The notes under the pieces: model-generated | Told to the model about the DNA's origin: nothing | Database searches by the model: none | The model's input: only the letters and a program-made list of their open reading frames with translations | Shown: piece by piece, positions 47,258 through 56,066 of the stretch | Numbering within the stretch: the stretch's first letter is position 1 | Layout: the number at the start of each line of letters is the position of its first letter | Position numbers and translations under genes: made by a program | Assembly (NCBI GenBank): GCA_038231455.1 | Contig: JBBRLI010000015.1 | Span: forward strand, 12,148-76,147 | Reading direction: 5' to 3' | DNA from: Vulcanimicrobiales bacterium | Lineage (GTDB): Bacteria > Vulcanimicrobiota > Vulcanimicrobiia > Vulcanimicrobiales > Vulcanimicrobiaceae | Length of the DNA stretch: 64,000 bases

Positions 47258-47992
47258 TTGCCCAGTTCTCAAGCCCCGCCGCCCGGCGCCACGGCCCTCG
47301 ACCCGACTGCCCTGCGGCCGCCGATCGACGATGCTGCCATCGAACGGATCACGCCGGCGGAACTCGTCGCGCGCGTGATGACGCTTAAGGCCTCAGGTTA
47401 CACGATGCTCCTGGATATCGGCGGCGTGGACTACCTCGAGCGTGCGCCGCGATACGATGTCGTCTATCACTTCCTGAACCTCTCGGGCGATGGCGCGACC
47501 GTCGCTGCGGTCGGCCATCCGCGTCGCGTCCGGTTGCTCGTCGGCGTGCCGCGCGATGCGACGGATGTGCCGTCGCTCTGCGATCTGTATCCGAATGCGA
47601 ATTGGCCCGAACGCGAAATCTTCGACCTCTTTGGCATCCGCTTTTCCGGCCATCCCGATTTGCGCCGCATTCAGATGCCCGACGATTGGGAAGGCTATCC
47701 GCTGCGCAAAGACTATCCGCTGCGCGGCCCTGCAAGCGAGATGACGCCGCGTCCGGCGTTTGCGCTCAAATCGAACGTCGCCGCCGGAACGCCCGCATCG
47801 GGTAAAACGGCTGCGGCCTTGCAGAAGCAAATTGCAGCCGCGCGCGCAGGTGCGGCGACGCATGGCGAACCCGCTGCCGCGGCGCAAAGCGCTGCGACGA
47901 GTCCGTCGGCGGCGACGGCGGGGACGGCGAGCGCAAAAGAACTTGCGGAGCGTCCGATCAACCTTAAGTCCGATTCGAACGAGAGCAAATGA
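47258..47992 (+). CDS. nuoC: NADH-quinone oxidoreductase subunit C with Ala-rich C-terminal extension
   Basis: ANWPEREIFDLFGI.F.GHPDLRRI, PLRKDYPL. Confidence 0.93.
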   Translation: MPSSQAPPPGATALDPTALRPPIDDAAIERITPAELVARVMTLKASGYTMLLDIGGVDYLERAPRYDVVYHFLNLSGDGATVAAVGHPRRVRLLVGVPRDATDVPSLCDLYPNANWPEREIFDLFGIRFSGHPDLRRIQMPDDWEGYPLRKDYPLRGPASEMTPRPAFALKSNVAAGTPASGKTAAALQKQIAAARAGAATHGEPAAAAQSAATSPSAATAGTASAKELAERPINLKSDSNESK

Positions 47993-49206
47993 GCGTCGTC
48001 CCCGATTCGCTCGCGATGGACGTCGTCGAGCACACAAACAATCGCATGGTGCTCTCGATGGGACCGCAACATCCCTCGACGCACGGCGTGCTGCAAGTGA
48101 TCACCGAAATCGAAGGCGAGGTTATCACCAAAGCCGAGCCCGAAATCGGTTATCTGCACACCGGCATCGAGAAGTCGGCTGAGAACCTGTTCTGGACGCA
48201 GGCGTCGACCGTCATCGAGCGGATGGACTATCTCTCGCCGCTCTCCAATGCCATGGCGTACATTCTCGCGGTCGAGCAATTGCTTGGCGTTGCAAACGAC
48301 ATCCCCGAGCGCGCGCAGCAAGTGCGCGTTCTTCTGTGCGAACTCTCGCGAATCGCTTCGCACTGTGTTTGGCTTGGCACCGGCGGTATCGATCTCGGCG
48401 CGATTTCGACGTTCTTTTACAGCTTCGATCTGCGCGAACGCATCCTGGATCTCAACGAGTTTGCCGGTGGCGCGCGCATGCATCCGAATTACTTGCGCAT
48501 CGGCGGCCTCAATGGCGATCTGCCGACCGGCTTCCTCGATAAGCTCGATGTCGTGATCGATATGTACGCGCCGCGCATGCGCGAGATGCGCAATCTCTTG
48601 CAGAAGAATCCGATCTTCCAAGACCGTACGATCGACGTTGGCATTCTCAGCGCTGAAGAGTCGCTTGCCTGGGGTATCACCGGGCCGACACTGCGTGCTT
48701 CGGGCGTCGCTTATGACGTACGCAAAGCGTTCCCGTATTCGGGCTACGAGAACTACGAATTCGATATCCCGACGCGCACCGAAGGCGATGCCTACGCGCG
48801 CTTCCTCGTGCGTCTCGATGAGATGGACGAATCGATGCGCATCATCCGACAAATCCGCAAGAGCTTGGTCGGCGGCCCGGTGATGGTCCCCGACACGAAG
48901 TTTGCTGCGCCGCCGAAAGAAACGATCGCCCTTTCGATGGAAGCGCTGATCCATCACTTCAAAATCGTAAGCGAATCGTTTCGCGTGCCGCCGGGCGATG
49001 TGTATCAACCCGTCGAGGGTCCGCGCGGGGAGCTCGGATACTACCTCGTGAGCAATGGCGACAATCGCCCGTGGCGCGTGCGCACGCGTCCCGCGTCCAT
49101 GTATAACTTGCAGGTGCTCAAGAAAATCGCCGTCGGCGAATTGATCGCCGACATGGTCGTGATGATCGGCTCGCTCGATCCCGTTTTCGGTGAGGTCGAT
49201 CGCTAA
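47989..49206 (+). CDS. nuoD: NADH-quinone oxidoreductase subunit D
   Basis: GPQHPSTHGVL, GYLHTGIEK, RMDY, EGPRGE, GEVDR. Confidence 0.97.
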   Translation: MSVVPDSLAMDVVEHTNNRMVLSMGPQHPSTHGVLQVITEIEGEVITKAEPEIGYLHTGIEKSAENLFWTQASTVIERMDYLSPLSNAMAYILAVEQLLGVANDIPERAQQVRVLLCELSRIASHCVWLGTGGIDLGAISTFFYSFDLRERILDLNEFAGGARMHPNYLRIGGLNGDLPTGFLDKLDVVIDMYAPRMREMRNLLQKNPIFQDRTIDVGILSAEESLAWGITGPTLRASGVAYDVRKAFPYSGYENYEFDIPTRTEGDAYARFLVRLDEMDESMRIIRQIRKSLVGGPVMVPDTKFAAPPKETIALSMEALIHHFKIVSESFRVPPGDVYQPVEGPRGELGYYLVSNGDNRPWRVRTRPASMYNLQVLKKIAVGELIADMVVMIGSLDPVFGEVDR

Positions 49207-49207
49207 C

Positions 49208-50005
49208 ATGTCCCTCGATATGACGACCGCTGCCGGCGTCGCCGACTGGAATCCCAACGTGGTACGTGCGGGGCACGTGTTCGATGACATTTATGCGCGC
49301 GTAAAACCCGAGTGCGAAGCGCTCATCGGGCTGTACGAAGATTCGCGCAGTGCCCTCATCCCGATGGCGCATCTCTTTCAAGAGCACGAAGGCTGGACAT
49401 CGCCGAACGCACTCGCCGCGATCGCGCATCTCCTCTCGCTGCCGCTTGCGGTGGTCGAATCGACGATCTCATTCTACACGCTCTTTTATCGCAAGCCTGT
49501 CGGCAAGTATATGCTGCAAGTCTGCCGCAATCTCTCGTGCATCATCAACGGTGCCGAACCGATCATGGCGTACTTCCGCGAGAAGCTCGGCGTCGGCCAC
49601 TTGGAGACGACGGACGACGGCCTCTTTTCATACGAAGAAGTCGAGTGTCTCGCGGCTTGCGATCGAGCGCCGTGCATGCAAGTGAATCTCGAGTTCAAGT
49701 ACGACCTGACCTCGCAAATGATCGACGACATGCTCGCTGCGATGAAGGCGGGTTCGTTCGACGTGCGACCGCTGATTCAAACGGCAAAGCCGCCGCGCAC
49801 GTGGCACATCGGTCACCACGGCGCAAAATCCAAAGGCGCGGTCGGCGTGAGCAATCCGGATAACGCCGGCGGCATCGGTGACGCAAGCGGCATCATCATG
49901 CTCGACCGCGTGGTGAACGATCTTGCGCTCGAAGGCCGCACGAACGAACGCCTCGCGCGCGAACCGCAACTGAAGCCGCATCCTGGTGGGGAGAACGGAC
50001 ATTAG
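49208..50005 (+). CDS. nuoE: NADH-quinone oxidoreductase subunit E with C-terminal extension
   Basis: SFYTLF, CRNLSC and ECLAAC 2Fe-2S motifs. Confidence 0.93.
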   Translation: MSLDMTTAAGVADWNPNVVRAGHVFDDIYARVKPECEALIGLYEDSRSALIPMAHLFQEHEGWTSPNALAAIAHLLSLPLAVVESTISFYTLFYRKPVGKYMLQVCRNLSCIINGAEPIMAYFREKLGVGHLETTDDGLFSYEEVECLAACDRAPCMQVNLEFKYDLTSQMIDDMLAAMKAGSFDVRPLIQTAKPPRTWHIGHHGAKSKGAVGVSNPDNAGGIGDASGIIMLDRVVNDLALEGRTNERLAREPQLKPHPGGENGH

Positions 50006-50006
50006 T

Positions 50007-51281
50007 ATGAGTTTGATCACGCCAATTCTCACCAAAGGGATCGGTGAGCTGAACCTGACCGATATCGAGGTGTACAAACAGCAGGGCGGCTACGTTCAAC
50101 TGCAGCGCGCGGTAAAAGAAATGACCTCGCAAGCGGTCGTCGATCTGACCAGCGGTTCGAACCTGCGCGGTCGCGGCGGAGCCGGCTTTCCGACCGGCCG
50201 CAAGTGGTCGTTCTTACCGAACAATGGACGTCCGCGGTACCTCGTCTGCAACTGCGATGAAGCGGAACCCGGCACGTTCAAAGATCACATGCTGCTCGAG
50301 CAGACGCCGCATCAAATCATCGAAGGCATCCTGATCGGCTCGTATGCAATTGGATCCCACCACGCGTTCATCTATATTCGCGGCGAGTTCAAACGCGGCT
50401 ACGAAATCTTCCGCGACGCACTCGCGCAGGCACGGGCCGCGGGCTTCATTGGAAAAGGCATCTGCGGGAGCGGCTACGATCTCGAACTGACGATCCATCG
50501 CGGCGCTGGTGCGTATATCTGCGGTGAAGAGACGGGTCTGCTCAATTCGCTCGAAGGCAAACGCGGCGAGCCGCGTCTGAAGCCGCCGTTTCCGGCGATC
50601 AAAGGTCTCTACGGCGAACCGACCGTTGTCAACAACGTCGAGACGCTCGCATATCTGCCGTACATCATGCGCAACGGCGCGGAGTGGTTTGCGAAGGCTG
50701 GCCCCGAGCGTTCACCAGGGTATAAGATCGTCTCGATCTCCGGCCACGTAAAAAAGCCCGGTAACTACGAAGTGGCGATGGGCACGACGATTCGGCAACT
50801 CATCGATGATTGCGCGGGCGGACTTCGCGACGGACGTACATTCATGGCCGTCCAGCCCGGCGGCGGTTCGTCGGCATGTCTTTTTGAAGAACACCTCGAC
50901 GTGCCGTACGACTTCGACTCGATCGGTAAAGCCGGATCGATGTTGGGATCCGGCGCTATGGTCGTTTTCGACGACACAACGGACTTTGTGAAAGCGTCGC
51001 ACGCGCTCATTCGCTTTTACGCGCACGAATCGTGCGGCCAGTGCACGCCGTGCCGCGAAGGCGGCCAGTGGCTTGAGAAAACCCTCGCACGTTTGATCGC
51101 TGGCGGCGGCGTTGAATCGGATATCGCGATCATCAAATCGGCCGCACATCAAATCACCGGCATCAATCTGTGCGCGCTCGGCGATTCGATCGAACCGTTC
51201 TTGGGTTCGGTGATCGACCGTTTCGAGGATCAGTTCCGCGCGTACATCACCTCCACGAAGAAGGTTGCCGTCCCCGCATGA
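50007..51281 (+). CDS. nuoF: NADH-quinone oxidoreductase subunit F
   Basis: RGRGGAGFPTG, DEAEPGTFKD, GAGAYICGEETG, ESCGQCTPCREG. Confidence 0.97.
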   Translation: MSLITPILTKGIGELNLTDIEVYKQQGGYVQLQRAVKEMTSQAVVDLTSGSNLRGRGGAGFPTGRKWSFLPNNGRPRYLVCNCDEAEPGTFKDHMLLEQTPHQIIEGILIGSYAIGSHHAFIYIRGEFKRGYEIFRDALAQARAAGFIGKGICGSGYDLELTIHRGAGAYICGEETGLLNSLEGKRGEPRLKPPFPAIKGLYGEPTVVNNVETLAYLPYIMRNGAEWFAKAGPERSPGYKIVSISGHVKKPGNYEVAMGTTIRQLIDDCAGGLRDGRTFMAVQPGGGSSACLFEEHLDVPYDFDSIGKAGSMLGSGAMVVFDDTTDFVKASHALIRFYAHESCGQCTPCREGGQWLEKTLARLIAGGGVESDIAIIKSAAHQITGINLCALGDSIEPFLGSVIDRFEDQFRAYITSTKKVAVPA

Positions 51282-53548
51282 ATACCGATGTGAAAATGGT
51301 CACGGTAACGATCGATGGGATCGACGTTACGGTTCCGGCGGGCACGCTGCTCGTCGAAGCCGCGAAGACGATCCAGCGTGAGATCCCCGTGTACTGTTAT
51401 CACACGAAGCTTGGCCCGGCGGGACTGTGCCGTATCTGCCTGGTCGAAATCGAAGGCATGCCGAAACTCCAGATCGCGTGCAACACGCCCGTCGCCGACA
51501 AGATGGTCGTGCGCACGGTCGGAGAGAAAGCCGACGAGGGCCGCCGCGCGGTGCTCGAATTGCTGTTGCTCAACCACCCGCTCGACTGTCCCATTTGCGA
51601 TAAGGGTGGCGAGTGCGACCTGCAAGATTATTCGATGGCCTACGGCCAAGGCAGTTCGCGGTTAGCCGATGCAAAGTCGTCCAAACCCAAGGCCGTCGAT
51701 CTTGGACCCACGATCGTGCTCGATGAAGAACGCTGTATTCTGTGTCTGCGCTGCGTTCGTTTCGATGACATCATCACGCGTGAATATTCACTACGCACCG
51801 ATGACCGCGGCGCGCACGCCATCATCACGACCGCAAGCGGCCACCCGTACGAATCCGATTTTTCCGGCAACGTGACGGAGCTGTGCCCGGTCGGCGCGCT
51901 CACCTCGAAAACGTACCGCTTCAAATCACGTCCGTGGGACAACCACCGCACGACGACAACGTGCACGCAGTGCTCGGTCGGCTGTCAGATGCACACCGAT
52001 TCGCGTCAGAACACGCTGCTGCGTACGATGAGCGTCGAAGAAGACGACGCGATCAGCGACGGCTGGCTCTGCGATCGCGGCCGCTACAACATCGGCTTCC
52101 TCACCGACCAGCGCCGCATCACCTCGCCGCTGTGTAAGATCGACGGCGTTTGGCAGCAAATCGGCTGGGACGACGCGATTGCGCTCTGGGCCAAGTCCAT
52201 CACCGATGGACTCACGCAACACGGCGCGGCGAGCGTTGGCGCGATCGGCGGCGGCCGTCTGCTCAACGAAGAAGCGTTTTTGCTCCAGCATGTCATGCGC
52301 GCCAACGGTGTTGAGAATCTGGACTGGCGCAGCGGCCGACAGTATCAAGCGCACCCCGGCGATTTCGGCGGTACGCATGTCGATCTCGAGAGCGCACAGG
52401 CAATCCTCACCTATGGCAGACCGCCCGCGCAAACGGCGCCGATTCTCGACTTGCGGATTCGTAAGGCGGTTTCGCGTCATAACGCGACACTGATCTCGAT
52501 CGGCGATTTCACCGCGAGCACGGTTATCCCCGATCGTCACGTGGCGACCGTGTCCGACGCGAAGGCGACGATTCCGGCGAGTGCCGATCGCATCGCGTTC
52601 GTGTGGGATGGCAGCACGTCGGCGGAAGCTGAGAACCTGTACGCGCTGGCAAACGCCCTGCGCAGCGGCGGCAAACACGTAACGTTCTTCATTGCGGGCG
52701 AACAGCCCAATGCCCGTGGCGCCGAGTCGATGGGCATGCTGCCGCGTAACGGCGGAATGGATTCGTACCATCTGCTTGCTGCCGCAGCCGAAGGCAAGGT
52801 TCATTCGCTTGCGCTGCTCGGCGTAAATCCGATGCTGCGCTTCCCGCACCGCGGCTTAATCGAAGCGGCACTCGAAAAAACGGCGTTCGTCGTGGTGAGC
52901 GATCTGTTCATGACCGAGACCGCCGAGCGCGCGAACCTCATTCTCCCCGTCTGCAGCGCCTTTGAGAAAACGGGCACGACGACCGATCTTGCTGGCGACG
53001 TATTACCGGTGAACGCTGCCGTCCCGGCGCCCGAGGGAGTACTCGCAGACGGCGATTTGCTCGTGGCGCTTGCCGCCGAACTCGGAATTCCAATTCCGCT
53101 GCCGGATGAGATCGAAGCGCGCGTACGCGCTCTTACTGCGAGGCCCGAACCCGTCGAACGCATGCGACCGCGGGGCACGATGCCCGCGCCGCCGCCCGCC
53201 GGTTCGCTGCGTTTGGTGATCGCAACGTCGATCTTCACCGGCGGCGGGACCGTCGCGTTCGATGACCGGCTGCACGAACTGCGCCCGCACGCGCATGCAT
53301 CGATACACCCCAAGACGGCGGAGCGCATGAAACTCGCCGGCGGTGACGTTATCGATCTCACGACGCCCGACGGGACGATTCACGATCTCGTTGTGATGTT
53401 GCAATCGCATGCGCCGCTCGATGCGGTGGTGCTGCTCGACGGTGTGCCGGGATCGCCTGTCACCGCGTTCGCGCGCGCCGAATGGGCTGCGGTGGCTAAC
53501 GTGCGCAAGTACGCGCGCGAACTCGTCTCGGGAGCGGCGGGCGAATGA
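51278..53548 (+). CDS. nuoG: NADH-quinone oxidoreductase subunit G (retains N7 cluster motif)
   Basis: CYH, CRICLV, HPLDCPICDKGGEC, CILCLRC, CPVGAL, CTQCSVGC...LCDRGR. Confidence 0.95.
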   Translation: MNTDVKMVTVTIDGIDVTVPAGTLLVEAAKTIQREIPVYCYHTKLGPAGLCRICLVEIEGMPKLQIACNTPVADKMVVRTVGEKADEGRRAVLELLLLNHPLDCPICDKGGECDLQDYSMAYGQGSSRLADAKSSKPKAVDLGPTIVLDEERCILCLRCVRFDDIITREYSLRTDDRGAHAIITTASGHPYESDFSGNVTELCPVGALTSKTYRFKSRPWDNHRTTTTCTQCSVGCQMHTDSRQNTLLRTMSVEEDDAISDGWLCDRGRYNIGFLTDQRRITSPLCKIDGVWQQIGWDDAIALWAKSITDGLTQHGAASVGAIGGGRLLNEEAFLLQHVMRANGVENLDWRSGRQYQAHPGDFGGTHVDLESAQAILTYGRPPAQTAPILDLRIRKAVSRHNATLISIGDFTASTVIPDRHVATVSDAKATIPASADRIAFVWDGSTSAEAENLYALANALRSGGKHVTFFIAGEQPNARGAESMGMLPRNGGMDSYHLLAAAAEGKVHSLALLGVNPMLRFPHRGLIEAALEKTAFVVVSDLFMTETAERANLILPVCSAFEKTGTTTDLAGDVLPVNAAVPAPEGVLADGDLLVALAAELGIPIPLPDEIEARVRALTARPEPVERMRPRGTMPAPPPAGSLRLVIATSIFTGGGTVAFDDRLHELRPHAHASIHPKTAERMKLAGGDVIDLTTPDGTIHDLVVMLQSHAPLDAVVLLDGVPGSPVTAFARAEWAAVANVRKYARELVSGAAGE

Positions 53549-54561
53549 ACGATCTCATCAACTCCGTTCCGCTGTGGCTGATCGTCCTCATCAAATCGGG
53601 GATCGTGCTCGCCGTCGTGATCACGACCTTTGCGTACGCGATGCTCTTCGAGCGCAAAGTCATGGGCTGGATGCAACTGCGTCCCGGTCCGAACCGCGTC
53701 GGACCGTGGGGGCTCTTGCAGCCGGCCGCGGACGCCGTGAAGATGATGTTCAAGGAAGATCTCACCCCGGATACCGCCGATCCGCTCATCTACAAACTCG
53801 CGCCGTTCATCTCGCTCATCTGCGCGATGGGCGTGTTCGCCGTGATTCCGTTCTCGGAATCGACGGGCGGCGGGCTGTGGGGCACGGGCGCCGATGTGAA
53901 CGCGGGGATTCTCTTTGTTTTCGCGGTGGGTTCGATCGGCGTCTACGGTATCTCGCTTGCGGGCTGGTCATCGGGTTCGAAATTTCCGCTGCTCGGTAGC
54001 GTCCGCTCGACCGCGCAGATGATCAGCTACGAACTCGCGATGACGATGTCCGTGATCGGCGTGCTCATCCTTGCCGGTTCGACCTCGCTTGCAGCGATCG
54101 TTCACGCGCAACAAAGTGTCTGGTTTTTCATCCCGCAGATCATCGGCTTCATCATCTACATGATCACGGCCGTCGCCGAGACCAACCGCGCACCGTTCGA
54201 TCTCGTCGAAGCCGAGACGGAACTCGTCGGCGGATTTCACACCGAGTACTCGGGTCTGCGCTTCGGCTTGTTCTTCATCGCTGAGTATTTGAATATGATC
54301 ACCGTGTCGTGTCTTGCGACGCTGCTCTTTCTGGGCGGCTGGAACGCGCCGTTCGGGATTCTCTCGGGCATCATCCCCGGGATCGTGTGGTTCTTGCTGA
54401 AGGCCGGGATCTTTATGTTCTTTTACATTTGGCTGCGCACCACGCTGCCGCGTTTTCGCTACGACCGCTTGATGGACTTCGGCTGGAAGTTCTTGCTCCC
54501 GGTGGCAACGCTCAACTTGATCATCACCGCCGCGGTCATCGCGTACACGTCCAAAGGCTGA
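53545..54561 (+). CDS. nuoH: NADH-quinone oxidoreductase subunit H
   Basis: ERKV, GPNRVGPWGLLQ, ETNRAPFDL.EAE.ELV.GF.TEY. Confidence 0.97.
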   Translation: MNDLINSVPLWLIVLIKSGIVLAVVITTFAYAMLFERKVMGWMQLRPGPNRVGPWGLLQPAADAVKMMFKEDLTPDTADPLIYKLAPFISLICAMGVFAVIPFSESTGGGLWGTGADVNAGILFVFAVGSIGVYGISLAGWSSGSKFPLLGSVRSTAQMISYELAMTMSVIGVLILAGSTSLAAIVHAQQSVWFFIPQIIGFIIYMITAVAETNRAPFDLVEAETELVGGFHTEYSGLRFGLFFIAEYLNMITVSCLATLLFLGGWNAPFGILSGIIPGIVWFLLKAGIFMFFYIWLRTTLPRFRYDRLMDFGWKFLLPVATLNLIITAAVIAYTSKG

Positions 54562-54562
54562 T

Positions 54563-55159
54563 ATGCGTAAAAATCTCTTCAACGTCGCCGCGATCTTCAC
54601 GGGCTTTGCAACGACTTTCAGTTACTTTTTCAAGAAGAAGCCGACGATCGAGTATCCCTCGGTGAAGAAGCAGCACGCGCCGCGCTTTCACGGACTCCAC
54701 GAACTGCGCCGCTACGCCGACGGCAAAGAGCGCTGCATCGGCTGCGAACTTTGCGCGATTGCTTGCCCGGCAAACGCCATCACCGTGATCGGCGCGGAGA
54801 ATTCGCCGACCGAACGCCACTCGCCGGGCGAGCGTTTTGCCGCGCGTTACGAGATCGACGAACTGCGGTGCATTTTCTGCGGCCTCTGCGAAGAGGCATG
54901 CCCGACCGATGCAATCGTTTTGACGCCGCGATTCGAAATGGCGGACTACCGTCGCGGTGCGTTCGTCTATGCAAAAGACCGTTTGCTCGTCGCGCCGGAT
55001 GAGGGCGTCGGGACGCCACCGGACGAGCGCCCAAATGGCATTCCCGGCGACCTCGGACTTGTCGCTGAGAAGAAGGCGACCGTCGATATTACCGCCGGCT
55101 ACGAAGCGACCGCGCGCGGCAAGTACCTCAAAGACCACCGGAGGGGACTTGCCGGATGA
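54563..55159 (+). CDS. nuoI: NADH-quinone oxidoreductase subunit I
   Basis: CIGCELCAIACP and CIFCGLCEEACP ferredoxin motifs. Confidence 0.97.
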   Translation: MRKNLFNVAAIFTGFATTFSYFFKKKPTIEYPSVKKQHAPRFHGLHELRRYADGKERCIGCELCAIACPANAITVIGAENSPTERHSPGERFAARYEIDELRCIFCGLCEEACPTDAIVLTPRFEMADYRRGAFVYAKDRLLVAPDEGVGTPPDERPNGIPGDLGLVAEKKATVDITAGYEATARGKYLKDHRRGLAG

Positions 55160-55749
55160 TCGCCTTCTGGATTCTGGCGCTCGCTATGATCGCAAGCGCC
55201 GTCTTCATCATCACGGCAAAGAAGCCGGTGTACAGCGTCATTGGCTTGCTCGCGAACTTCATTGCGCTTGCAATCACGTATCTGACCTTGCATGCCGAGT
55301 TCATCGCCGTCATTCAGATCGTCGTGTACAGCGGCGCGATTCTCATCCTGTTCCTCTTCGTGATTGCGCTCCTCTCGAGCGGTACAAAAGCCTTCGACGT
55401 CGGCCCGGACAAGATGCCCAAAGCCGTCCTCCCCGCTGCGATCGTGGCGTTCGTTGCCCTCGGATTCGTGCTGGTCGGCACGCTGCGCGATAAGCTCGGC
55501 CCGGCGGCCGGTGTCGTAACGGCGACGAGCGATCAGACCGGAACCGCGAACGCCTTCGGCAGCGTTGCCGATTTCGGCGCATCGCTCTTTTCGATCAACT
55601 TGCTGCCCTTCGAAGTTACGTCGTTCATCTTGATGGTCGCCGTCATTGGCGTCGTGCTGCTCGCCGGCGACGATACGCCCGCGCGCAAAACGGGCCGCAA
55701 AGAACACAATCGCGAGTCGATTGTGAAACGGGAGTCGATCACGCGATGA
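55156..55749 (+). CDS. nuoJ: NADH-quinone oxidoreductase subunit J
   Basis: AEFIAVIQIVVYSGAILILFLF, LPFE. Confidence 0.95.
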   Translation: MIAFWILALAMIASAVFIITAKKPVYSVIGLLANFIALAITYLTLHAEFIAVIQIVVYSGAILILFLFVIALLSSGTKAFDVGPDKMPKAVLPAAIVAFVALGFVLVGTLRDKLGPAAGVVTATSDQTGTANAFGSVADFGASLFSINLLPFEVTSFILMVAVIGVVLLAGDDTPARKTGRKEHNRESIVKRESITR

Positions 55750-56066
55750 ACCTGACCGAATTTGCCGTGCCGATCGAATACTATATCGGCCTTTCCTCGG
55801 TGTTGTTTTTCCTTGGCGCGATCGGCGTCGTGCTGCGCCGCAATCCGCTGATCATGCTTATGTCGATCGAGATCATGTTCAACGCCGCCAACCTCGCCCT
55901 TGTGACGTTCGCTAAGGCTTGGGCGAATAACACCGGCCATATCTTCGCGTTCCTCGTCATCACGGTCGCCGCGGCGGAAGCGGCGATCGGCCTTGCGATT
56001 GTCGTCGTCGTGTTTCGGAAACGCCAGAACGTCGACGTCGATGAAGTCGCGGCGCTGAAGGGATGA
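55746..56066 (+). CDS. nuoK: NADH-quinone oxidoreductase subunit K
   Basis: RRN...MSIEIMFNA, VAAAEAAIGLAI. Confidence 0.95.
   Translation: MNLTEFAVPIEYYIGLSSVLFFLGAIGVVLRRNPLIMLMSIEIMFNAANLALVTFAKAWANNTGHIFAFLVITVAAAEAAIGLAIVVVVFRKRQNVDVDEVAALKG

Noticed and set aside
47989-49206. NiFe-hydrogenase large subunit
   Set aside because: No CxxC nickel-binding motifs; embedded in a complete nuoA-N operon.
47713-49290. Long antisense ORFs (525 aa opposite nuoD; also 17525-18733, 40201-41535, 30395-31456)
   Set aside because: Shadow frames of well-supported genes in GC-rich DNA, with no motifs of their own.
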